Below, one piece after another: positions 1 through 8,498 of a stretch of DNA of 64,000 nucleotides. Position 1 is the first letter of the stretch. Each line of letters begins with the position of its first letter. The DNA comes from a virus: the IMG/VR virus record IMGVR_UViG_3300015171_000001, positions 1-64,000 of that record; one strand, given 5' to 3'. The notes under the pieces were generated by a model. That model did not search any database. It saw only the letters and a program-made list of their open reading frames with translations, and was not told the DNA's origin. The position numbers and the translations under genes are program-made.

Positions 1-387
1 TGTTGCTGATGTTGAATAATCTCCAGATGATGTGTTCTTTGGATTTAGAAACGCTGGATTTTTAGCTCTGATAATGGACTGTGCTTGCCACCACGAACCA
101 CAATAAACAACATTTCCTTTTGGGAATTTGACTTTCCCATCAAGATTTACAATCGAAGATTCGAGAACTTCTACCACAAGCCAAAGTCGATTTTCATCCT
201 TGGCACGCAAAGAAAAATCCCCCTGTCCCCACAACCATCCATGCAAACCATTGCCACTTTTCCAGTCAGGACAACTCACTTCTCCTTCTTTCGGCCAAAT
301 AAACCCGCCACGACTCGTCATGTCAGAATTACATGTCCTCAACACCAATACAATCTTGTCTTCAGTTTTCATTTCTTCAGTTTTCAT
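1..387 (-). CDS. Phage protein, DUF7666-like, truncated at the window edge (not in the ORF track)
   Basis: Manual translation from ATG at 387 is open to position 1: MKTEEMKTEDKIVLVLRTCNSDMTSRGGFIWPKEGEVSCPDWKSGNGLHGWLWGQG...KVKFPKGNVVYCG...TSSGDYSTSAT. The GFxWP/PDW/GLHGWLWG/KVKF pattern followed by the start of S/A/T/G repeats is a recognisable phage family. Confidence 0.8.
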   Translation of the reverse strand, partial: MKTEEMKTEDKIVLVLRTCNSDMTSRGGFIWPKEGEVSCPDWKSGNGLHGWLWGQGDFSLRAKDENRLWLVVEVLESSIVNLDGKVKFPKGNVVYCGSWWQAQSIIRAKNPAFLNPKNTSSGDYSTSAT

Positions 388-425
388 TTTAAAACAATAT
401 CATTATTTTTATAATATGTCAATAA

Positions 426-722
426 TTATTTTCCAAATGTTTTCCTAAAAAACGATTTAACTCCAGAAAATTTTTCTTTATTGAGTGACTCCCCAATCAT
501 ATTATGATGTGTTTTTTTGCAATTTTCCAATAAATCTGGACAAAGCATTTTCATTTTTGTTTCTATTTCCAAAACCAATTTTGTTGGAATAGCCGAGATT
601 GTCTCATTATTTTGAGTGGTGGATAATGCCACCAAGTAACTATTTAAATAAAATAGTTCTAGGATTTCTCTTTTAATAGTTTCATTTTCAACATCATTTT
701 TTTCAATTTTATTTTTTGACAT
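426..722 (-). CDS. Hypothetical protein
   Basis: 98-aa ORF, co-oriented with the adjacent minus-strand gene and divergent from 773. Confidence 0.65.
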   Translation of the reverse strand: MSKNKIEKNDVENETIKREILELFYLNSYLVALSTTQNNETISAIPTKLVLEIETKMKMLCPDLLENCKKTHHNMIGESLNKEKFSGVKSFFRKTFGK

Positions 723-772
723 TAAAAATTATTGCATAATTTATTATTACAGTCTACTATATTTAACATAAT

Positions 773-1273
773 ATGAGCGAAGATTCTAATTTTTTTTTAT
801 TAAAGAGGCAAACAAAACTATCCCCAAACAGAAATTTTGATTATATTTCATTTTTCAAAATACAAGATGATCATATAGTTACGAAAGAAACTCCCGTGGG
901 AAAAAGAGTTATTTGTTCAAATTTACCAGATTATTATAATTTATATTTTTTTAAATATCACATTAAAGGAGAGATATCATATCCACATGGAGGAGTAACA
1001 TTTTATAATGCCAATGATGAAATTTATCAATCTGGCTATTTAGATTGTGTTGCTATACACCCCGCGAATGAATCAATAGAAATATCAAAATTGGATAATG
1101 GACAAATATTTTTTTCAAATATACCAAAACTTATTTATTCCAAGGGGGATTACGATAAAGTATTATCAAAACAAAAGAAAATTAAAAAACTAATTGACAA
1201 ACCTATAAAAACTGTTAAGATTAAAAAGAATGAAAACACAAAACACAGAGGTAGAAAAAAGCAAAAGCTTTGA
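773..1273 (+). CDS. Hypothetical protein with basic C-terminal tail
   Basis: 166-aa ORF preceded by TTGCAT-17-TACTAT (732-760). Confidence 0.7.
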   Translation: MSEDSNFFLLKRQTKLSPNRNFDYISFFKIQDDHIVTKETPVGKRVICSNLPDYYNLYFFKYHIKGEISYPHGGVTFYNANDEIYQSGYLDCVAIHPANESIEISKLDNGQIFFSNIPKLIYSKGDYDKVLSKQKKIKKLIDKPIKTVKIKKNENTKHRGRKKQKL

Positions 1274-1436
1274 AAGATATGTTAAGTTGAACTTTCATAA
1301 TCAAGAAGATGTTGAGATTACTTCAAACATGGTAAATGATTATGGAATTCCAATTGTGACTGAAATGGAAATTTACGAAGAACTTTCTAATATGGAAGGC
1401 TATCGTGAATTTAATCGTTGTTCAAATGAAGAATAA
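1230..1436 (+). CDS. Small hypothetical protein
   Basis: 68-aa ORF within a tightly packed + strand run. Confidence 0.55.
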   Translation: MKTQNTEVEKSKSFERYVKLNFHNQEDVEITSNMVNDYGIPIVTEMEIYEELSNMEGYREFNRCSNEE

Positions 1437-1448
1437 ATAAAATATAAT

Positions 1449-1637
1449 ATGAATAAAGACAATTTTATTGGAGTGGGGTTTGCTGTATTTCGAAGTGGTG
1501 TTAGAGTATCTGAAACTATTTATACAGATAGTAGTCCAGAAGGACAAGCTAAAGAAGAAATTCAAATGTGGAAACGATCAATTTCAAAATATCCAGATGG
1601 ATCTATTATTGAATTGAAACCTGTTAATGTTAGATAA
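1449..1637 (+). CDS. Small hypothetical protein
   Basis: 62-aa ORF with protein-like composition in the same run. Confidence 0.6.
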   Translation: MNKDNFIGVGFAVFRSGVRVSETIYTDSSPEGQAKEEIQMWKRSISKYPDGSIIELKPVNVR

Positions 1638-1647
1638 TTAAAAATTT

Positions 1648-1818
1648 ATGGACAATGCTTATCCTACAAAAACAAAATATTCTTCACAATCTTTTATTAA
1701 AAATAATAAATTTGTAGATAGAGTAAATATTGACAAACTGTCCGAAAATGCTAAAGCTTCATTAAAAGAAATTGATTCACTGTTTTCGGAGAATATTATT
1801 AATGTAAATAAAAAATAA
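1648..1818 (+). CDS. Small hypothetical protein (56 aa, below track cut-off)
   Basis: MDNAYPTKTKYSSQSFIKNNKFVDRVNIDKLSENAKASLKEIDSLFSENIINVNKK*; fills the gap after 1637. Confidence 0.45.
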   Translation: MDNAYPTKTKYSSQSFIKNNKFVDRVNIDKLSENAKASLKEIDSLFSENIINVNKK

Positions 1819-1833
1819 TTTATTCAAAAATAA

Positions 1834-2067
1834 GGTTGTCAACAGTGACTCGATTTTCTAAATAAATTAAAGAAAATTAAAATATTTTGACATTTTTTAA
1901 GACAAAATACCGTAAGTTCTACGGGAATTAACGCTTGTGGAGACATCACCTCTTGGTCTGGAGCAATTCAGAAAAAAGTGATACCGAAGAAACAAGAAGA
2001 TAACAAAGAGTCAACAATTTATTATTTAAAAGTATGAATTTAGATTTTTGTAGGTTTATCAGAACGG
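1834..2067 (+). mobile_element. Non-autonomous IS607-type miniature element carrying the 3' end of tnpB (omegaRNA region)
   Basis: Bounded by GG dinucleotides (GGttgtcaacag... and ...tttgtaggtttatcagaacGG). The interior encodes a start-less TnpB C-terminal signature, NTVSSTGINACGD...KKQE (1906-2037). No transposase or RuvC coding sequence is left. Confidence 0.65.
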
Positions 2068-2129
2068 CAGCTACAGCATTAATTTGTTGTTTTGGAATCC
2101 TTGGATAGCTGAGCATCTATTAAAACTGC

Positions 2130-2552
2130 TTAAATTATTTTTCTCCACTTAGGATTTTTAAGTGGGCATTGTTCTGTAGATAGACTAAGTTTAAATGTTG
2201 AACATTTACATTGTTTACAAAATCCAATTATTGTATTTGATAGTGACCACCAATGTTCACATCCTTTACAAATTTTCAATCTTTCCCAGAAAGTATTTTC
2301 ATCTACAATTGGATACCCACTTTCTCTCCATTTTTTCATAGAATTTTTTAAACTTTGAATAGAGTCTAATGGATTTGGTTTGGGGTATATTTTATTTTGT
2401 AAATTTTTTCTATCATCTATAGATAATTTCGATATAATCTTTTCAACAAAAAAAGATTTTTCTTCTCCTGAAAACAAATTCCAATATTCAAGGAAATTAT
2501 TATCCTTAAATAATTGTATCATTTCTTCTTCTGTCATTGTGGTTAAATCCAT
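2130..2552 (-). CDS. Cys-rich protein (DUF6171-like C-terminal zinc-binding domain)
   Basis: RLKICKGCEHW...CKQCKC...KLSLSTEQCP..KW pattern. Confidence 0.65.
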   Translation of the reverse strand: MDLTTMTEEEMIQLFKDNNFLEYWNLFSGEEKSFFVEKIISKLSIDDRKNLQNKIYPKPNPLDSIQSLKNSMKKWRESGYPIVDENTFWERLKICKGCEHWWSLSNTIIGFCKQCKCSTFKLSLSTEQCPLKNPKWRKII

Positions 2553-2573
2553 ATTAATAAATATACTATTTAT

Positions 2574-2602
2574 TTGACATTTGTCGATATATATAATATA
2601 AT
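2574..2602 (+). promoter_or_regulatory. Sigma70 consensus promoter, probably producing a leaderless mRNA
   Basis: TTGACA(2574-2579)-17 bp-TATAAT(2597-2602), then 6 nt to ATG 2609. Confidence 0.8.
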
Positions 2603-2608
2603 AAGTCT

Positions 2609-3502
2609 ATGTTATTTAGTTTATTCCCGCGAAGAAAAGTTCATTATGTAGACTTAATGAAAGCTATGAGTCACACTCCTTTTTATAAAGAATTATCTTT
2701 TTGGGAAAAAACAACAACTTTTATTGCTAGAAGTTTTATTATATGTTTAATATGTGGATTGACATTTGTCTGTTTTTCATTGGTGGGAATATTAAAAGCA
2801 AATCTTAAAATTTCAATCATGTTAAATGAAGATCTAAAAAATAGAGATGTTCTTATTTCACATGATAAAGAATATATTCAACAAATTTCCGAAGAAAATG
2901 CCAGAATGATTAAAATGCAATGTTCTTCTCCGACAGATGCTGTAGAAATTGCCATGATTATTAATCAAATTTTAGATACTGCAAATGGAGAAAAATTTGT
3001 ATTTTTAGAACAGGTAATTCCTCATGCAATTAGATTACAAGTTCAAAAAGGAATTCCTGCATCTGGAATGATTGCTCAGGCTATTTATGAATCTGGGTAT
3101 GGTCAAAGTGATCTAGCAAAAAAACATTATAATTATTTTGGAATGAAAAATTTAACAGGAAAGGGTAATTTTGTAAATTCTTCAACAACTGATAGTGGTG
3201 TAAAGAAAATTCAACCATTTAGAACATTTGGAAATCCATATGAAGGATTTTTAGGATATTATGAGTTTTTAACTAGTGAAGATAAAAATGGAAGATATGA
3301 TTTGGCTCTCCAACAAAAAAATGGAATAGAATATGTAAAACATTTATTATCTGCGGGTTACTGTCCAGATAGTGATTATCTAGAACATATTACAGAAATT
3401 ATTAAACGACATCATTTGGATTTACTAGAAAGAATTCTTTACAAAAATATACAAAATAATTCTATATTAGATAAATTTGGGCCACAAAAAAGACAGAATT
3501 AA
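2609..3502 (+). CDS. GH73 glucosaminidase/FlgJ-like peptidoglycan hydrolase with N-terminal transmembrane segment
   Basis: AQAIYESGYG.S.LA...NYFGMK and GYCPDSDY motifs; hydrophobic stretch at about aa 39-62. Confidence 0.85.
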   Translation: MLFSLFPRRKVHYVDLMKAMSHTPFYKELSFWEKTTTFIARSFIICLICGLTFVCFSLVGILKANLKISIMLNEDLKNRDVLISHDKEYIQQISEENARMIKMQCSSPTDAVEIAMIINQILDTANGEKFVFLEQVIPHAIRLQVQKGIPASGMIAQAIYESGYGQSDLAKKHYNYFGMKNLTGKGNFVNSSTTDSGVKKIQPFRTFGNPYEGFLGYYEFLTSEDKNGRYDLALQQKNGIEYVKHLLSAGYCPDSDYLEHITEIIKRHHLDLLERILYKNIQNNSILDKFGPQKRQN

Positions 3503-3537
3503 TTTTTTTAATAGTTTTATAACATATTTATCAATAG

Positions 3538-3858
3538 ATGAAAATCAAAATTGATAAAAGTGAGAAAAATATTGATAGTTATGTCTTACCAAAAGAAAAT
3601 TCTTTCTTAGAAAAATTTATCATAAAAAATAAAGAAAAATTACTTATTCAAGTAATTGATTGTATAGAAAATGCCGTTTTAAAAAATAAGGAATATATTA
3701 CAATATTCACCTTCGAAGATAGTAAATTTTTTGTTTCTGTTAAAAAAGAAGATTATCTTGAAAATATTAGAAATGTTTTTTTATATTTTTACACAAATAA
3801 AAATCCAGAAATATGTACTAGAATTTCAAGAATAGAAGATAAGTTAATTAAGAAATAA
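3538..3858 (+). CDS. Hypothetical protein
   Basis: 106-aa ORF preceded by TATTTAT-6-ATG. Confidence 0.7.
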   Translation: MKIKIDKSEKNIDSYVLPKENSFLEKFIIKNKEKLLIQVIDCIENAVLKNKEYITIFTFEDSKFFVSVKKEDYLENIRNVFLYFYTNKNPEICTRISRIEDKLIKK

Positions 3859-3860
3859 AT

Positions 3861-4079
3861 GTGAATTCTAAACTTACTAGAAAACAACAAGCAGAAAAAA
3901 TCATATCCTGCTTAGATAAATATAAAGTGTGTCATGGATGCGAATCTATAACAAGTAAAGAAACATCTGTATGCCCTTTATGTAAGAGTTATAATTTTAA
4001 CCTAGATGTAGAAGCCGTTAGAAAACAGGCTATTGTTTTATCAAATAAAACCCAAACAATAATAACTGACTATGAGTAA
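3861..4079 (+). CDS. Small zinc-ribbon protein
   Basis: CHGC...CPLC; GTG start; overlaps the phoH start. Confidence 0.65.
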   Translation: MNSKLTRKQQAEKIISCLDKYKVCHGCESITSKETSVCPLCKSYNFNLDVEAVRKQAIVLSNKTQTIITDYE

Positions 4080-4905
4080 AAAAATGGCAAAGAAAAAACC
4101 ACAAATTCAAAAAATCACAAATTCAGAGTTTGTTAAAGATAAAAGCCCAACTGTTTTCCAGAGAGATAAATTAAAACATGTATTGAATATTCACGAACGA
4201 ACAGACTATACAGAAAAACAAAAATCGTTTATTGATTTGGTTCTTGATAAAAAAAGTAAAATGATTTTTGTGACTGGAGTATCCGGCACATCAAAAACAC
4301 ATCTTTCGGTATTATGTGGTTTAAAAATGTTATCTGCCAATGAACATGGTGCTGGAAAATATTCAGAACTTTTATATATTAGAAGTGCAGTTGAATCTTC
4401 TGATAATAAATTGGGATATCTTCCAGGAGGTGAAGATGATAAAATGGGACCATATTTAGTGCCGCTAAAAGAAAAATTGGCAGAATTTCTTCCAGGACAC
4501 GATATTCAATTATTAGAAAAAGATCAAAGAATAATTTCTGTCCCATTGGGGTTTGTTCGAGGATTAAATTGGAATGCAAAATATATTATAATTGACGAAT
4601 CACAAAATTGCTCTAAACGAGAATTAATCACACTTATTACTAGAGTGGGAGAATTTAGTAAAATAATTATATTAGGAGATCCATCTCAAAGTGATATTGG
4701 AACTAAGAGTGGATTTACAAATATATACAATATGTTTAACGATGACGAAGCTAAAGAAAATGGCGTATTTACATTTGAATTTACAGAAGAAGATATTGTT
4801 AGAAGTGATTTAGTTAGATTCATTATGAAAAGAATTAAGGATAAATCTACTGATGCAATTAATGATTATGTACCCTCCAAAGATAAAACTTTACTAAAAG
4901 GGTAA
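4072..4905 (+). CDS. phoH: PhoH family ATPase
   Basis: GVSGTSKT Walker A variant, LGYLPG, RGLNW, IIIDESQN, GDPSQSD, DIVRS. Confidence 0.93.
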   Translation: MSKKMAKKKPQIQKITNSEFVKDKSPTVFQRDKLKHVLNIHERTDYTEKQKSFIDLVLDKKSKMIFVTGVSGTSKTHLSVLCGLKMLSANEHGAGKYSELLYIRSAVESSDNKLGYLPGGEDDKMGPYLVPLKEKLAEFLPGHDIQLLEKDQRIISVPLGFVRGLNWNAKYIIIDESQNCSKRELITLITRVGEFSKIIILGDPSQSDIGTKSGFTNIYNMFNDDEAKENGVFTFEFTEEDIVRSDLVRFIMKRIKDKSTDAINDYVPSKDKTLLKG

Positions 4906-4957
4906 ATAATATGAATTTTTTATTATCCCATAGTTATTTATAGTAATATAATTTCAT

Positions 4958-7900
4958 ATGGCAAATAAACGAATTTCTGATTTAAACCCCCTATTAGCTT
5001 CTAGTGCAAGTATAAATGACTTAACAGTAGTGGTTGATGTTTTATCTGACACAACTCCTACTGGAGAAGATAAAAAGATGACTCTTGGAGAGTTATCTAA
5101 TTTCGTATTTGATACTGTTCCCCACGTTTCTTCTTCTAATCAATTAGATATTAATGAGTTACAAAATTATCCATTATCAGCAAGTCATGGTGGAACAGGT
5201 GTAACTTATATTCCCACATTTAGTGTTTTAGTTGGACAAGGAACTAGTTCAATAACATTTGCAACTGGAAACATTGGTAATTTATTAGGTTGGGGATTAA
5301 ATGGACCAACATTTGTTTCTGGAGTTATCAGTAGTTCTGCACAAGTTGATTATAATTATTTACAAAATAAACCACAGGGGGTAATATCATCAAGCGATCA
5401 ATTACCAAATGGGTTATATAGTAGTTCTGCACAGGTAAGTTTTCTTGGATTGTCAGATACCCCTAAAACATATGTTACAAATTCATTTATCAAAGTAAAT
5501 TCTTCTGGAAGTGGATTAGACTTTTTTTCATTACCAATTTCTGTTCAAGATTTACAAAAAGGAAAATCCTATGCTAATGGGGTTTATTATTTTAATGGAG
5601 ATATAAGAGAAAGATTATATGCGAACATTCAACCTCAGACAATTTATAGTGGCGGATTAGCAACATACTATCAAGATTTTTTACATTCTGGAAACGTCTG
5701 TTTAGATAAATTTAATAGAAATTTATATTTTGTTAGAGGAACTTGGCCAAGAAGAAAAGGATTAAATTCTTCTGATTATCATGGATTATCTTGGAGAGAA
5801 GCAAATAATACAATTGATTCTAGAGCAGAAGCTGTATGTTCCACAAGAGAAGATGGCCAAAATTTTCAAGTATTAGCAGATTTTTGGACATCAACAATAG
5901 GAGGTTCTTTACCAAATAGTGTTAAAAATTCTTCTGGTAAATATGTAGTTTCTGAACCATCTGCGGTAGCATTTGATAGTAGTTCAAATAGTATTTTCGT
6001 TGCTTGTAGAAATGATCATTGTCCATCAATAATATATAAAATGAATGCAACTGGGTCTCAATCAAGTATTGAGAATAGTACGCAAGTATGGGTCACATTA
6101 GCGAATGGAGATTTAAAAATTGATTGTGTTGAGGTTGGAGTTATTCCTAAAGGATTTTATTATCAAGGAGACGAATCTTTAAATCCATTAACAGATCCTC
6201 CTCAAAATACGCCTTATTTATTTTTCGGAGTGTCTCCAGACTGGAATACTCCTTATGCGTCTGGATCAACTTTAAAACATGCAGCTATTTATAAAGTTCC
6301 AACAAGTGGAACTGCACCAGGAACATTTTTAACAGATTATCCAGTTGCTTATACTCTTCACAGATTTTGGAGAGCAGGGACTGATGCAACAAATCCAGAC
6401 ATGGGAACTACTGGTGTAAAATCAATAAAATTATATATAGCTAGAGCGGGTCAAGATGGTGGAGAATGGAATCCATATTCAGATACACTTCCTTTTGTAA
6501 GAAAAGATAAAAGTAGATTGTTTGTTGTGCATTCTGGAGCACCAAGTCAACAATTGATTTCTCATATAACTGGAAGTACGACATTTTCTAGAAGAACAAT
6601 AACTTCTGCTAGTTTTTATCCAACAGTTCCACAGACACAACCTTCACAGACATCTCCATTAGTTTCTGGAAGTATGTGGTCTACTGCATCACAAACAGTA
6701 TATCCAATTTTAGTACCACAACCAGGACCAACAATTCCGGCACCACTAGCAAGTTTAATAACATCAACAAATCCATTTTTATTTAACAATAATCAATTTG
6801 GTGGACATGGAATTTTTGAATTATTAATTGGTAATACAGGAAGTATATTAGGAAATCCATACACTGGAAGTTTTAGTTCACAAATAGATTTAAATAGACC
6901 ATGGAAAACGTGGAGACAAGGATATGTTAGTGCTGTTAGTGGAACACTAGCTTTATACTTCTCAAATATATCCGATGACCCAGGGTCTCCTATTGGAGAA
7001 ACAGGTTCTAGTGCTCCAGGTGCTCCAAGAAATAGATCATTTGCAATAAATGATAGATTATTTTTATTAACTGCTCCTTCAGATTTTGTAAATTTTGATA
7101 GTACCTCTTCTTTTTTCACACAATCAAGAGGAATTGTTAAAATTGGTGATGTTTCTTGTGGTGTGAATCCTAATACCCCAAGATACTTTTTAAATGGAAC
7201 TTATACAGATCCTAATGAAGAAGGAAATGTAATGGTTATTCCCGTTTTAGCAAATTCTATTAATAATGAAAATACTGCTATAATGGATGGGGGTCAACAA
7301 GGTTTACAACAAATGACAATTGATCCATATGGTGAAACTGCTTATGTTGCCGATTTCTTTTTCTCAAGATACTATACAACATATTTAACATCTTCATATA
7401 ATAATGGAGCACAGGATACATATCCATACGCATCAACTCCAACTCCTGTGACAATTTATTCTCCAGCAGAAACTATTCCAACAAATAGTTCAGTTCCTTC
7501 TGGATATATAAATTATAATAATGGAAACAATTTAACTCCTAGTGAAATTGATTGGCCTACTGCGCCAATCTATCCAGGTGCTCCTACAGGACCATCAGCG
7601 GCATCTGCTGCTGGTTATACTGCTGAAGGATGGCCAAATGGTCCTACACAGGTAACATACTCAGGTCAAAACAATGCTCCTGTGCCAATTACTGCATCAA
7701 ATAATTATAGTGGTCCATTTGGAGCATATTACTTTACACCAACATATTATCCAAAAGCAACTTTTCCGCCAACACCAAACAATCCAAATCCCGCATTGCC
7801 AGGATATGGACAAGCCGCTTCTGGTAGTTATCCTGCTGGACCAGCACCATTAGATGCATACACAGATAATACATTTAATTCTATATATAGTGAATTTGGA

Positions 7901-8476
7901 ACAATATACGAAGCCAATTTATGGACATATAGTCATGGAACAAATGGACAAAGAATATTTGACAATGCAAATCCACAAATTGCTTATTCTAGACCTTGTG
8001 GATTAACTGGATATAATGAAGGACCAAACAAAGTATATAGATTATTATATACAAATGGCGAAAATAATTTCGTATTAAATAATAATAATTTGGGAATGGG
8101 TATATACATTAATGGATTTAGTAGAACATTTACACAAGATGGTGTGCTTGCTCAAGGACACAATGTATTATCAATAAGTGATAAAGGAGCCGGAATTCAG
8201 GGTGGTTTAGTAGTAACTATGCAACAGCCAACTAATACAAGTGATTATGTTGTTATTGCACAAGGTAGTGATGGAGAATTTTTTGGAAGTGGACAACAAC
8301 ATCATGAAAATCCAATAACCTATACAGGAAGTATTGATTCTTTAGATGCTCAAAGTGACGCATCATTATATTTTGGAAAAAATAGAAGTCAATTCAGATT
8401 AACCTATACAGGATCTTTAAATTTAGATGTTTTATATTTTTCAGTAATCGGCGGAGAACTTGGTCCAATTTTCTAA
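4958..8476 (+). CDS. Tail fibre/receptor-binding-like virion protein, paralog A, with Pro-rich insertions
   Basis: N-terminal KRISDL...VVVDV...KKMTL anchor motif, PLSASHGGTG motif, propeller-like repeats and C-terminal NVLSISD..G fibre domain; colinear paralog of 8499. Confidence 0.7.
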   Translation: MANKRISDLNPLLASSASINDLTVVVDVLSDTTPTGEDKKMTLGELSNFVFDTVPHVSSSNQLDINELQNYPLSASHGGTGVTYIPTFSVLVGQGTSSITFATGNIGNLLGWGLNGPTFVSGVISSSAQVDYNYLQNKPQGVISSSDQLPNGLYSSSAQVSFLGLSDTPKTYVTNSFIKVNSSGSGLDFFSLPISVQDLQKGKSYANGVYYFNGDIRERLYANIQPQTIYSGGLATYYQDFLHSGNVCLDKFNRNLYFVRGTWPRRKGLNSSDYHGLSWREANNTIDSRAEAVCSTREDGQNFQVLADFWTSTIGGSLPNSVKNSSGKYVVSEPSAVAFDSSSNSIFVACRNDHCPSIIYKMNATGSQSSIENSTQVWVTLANGDLKIDCVEVGVIPKGFYYQGDESLNPLTDPPQNTPYLFFGVSPDWNTPYASGSTLKHAAIYKVPTSGTAPGTFLTDYPVAYTLHRFWRAGTDATNPDMGTTGVKSIKLYIARAGQDGGEWNPYSDTLPFVRKDKSRLFVVHSGAPSQQLISHITGSTTFSRRTITSASFYPTVPQTQPSQTSPLVSGSMWSTASQTVYPILVPQPGPTIPAPLASLITSTNPFLFNNNQFGGHGIFELLIGNTGSILGNPYTGSFSSQIDLNRPWKTWRQGYVSAVSGTLALYFSNISDDPGSPIGETGSSAPGAPRNRSFAINDRLFLLTAPSDFVNFDSTSSFFTQSRGIVKIGDVSCGVNPNTPRYFLNGTYTDPNEEGNVMVIPVLANSINNENTAIMDGGQQGLQQMTIDPYGETAYVADFFFSRYYTTYLTSSYNNGAQDTYPYASTPTPVTIYSPAETIPTNSSVPSGYINYNNGNNLTPSEIDWPTAPIYPGAPTGPSAASAAGYTAEGWPNGPTQVTYSGQNNAPVPITASNNYSGPFGAYYFTPTYYPKATFPPTPNNPNPALPGYGQAASGSYPAGPAPLDAYTDNTFNSIYSEFGTIYEANLWTYSHGTNGQRIFDNANPQIAYSRPCGLTGYNEGPNKVYRLLYTNGENNFVLNNNNLGMGIYINGFSRTFTQDGVLAQGHNVLSISDKGAGIQGGLVVTMQQPTNTSDYVVIAQGSDGEFFGSGQQHHENPITYTGSIDSLDAQSDASLYFGKNRSQFRLTYTGSLNLDVLYFSVIGGELGPIF

Positions 8477-8498
8477 TTAAAAATACTTATTAGATAAG

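Noticed and set aside
85-448. Plus-strand ORFs 85..414 and 128..448
   Set aside because: Shadows of the recognisable minus-strand gene 1..387.
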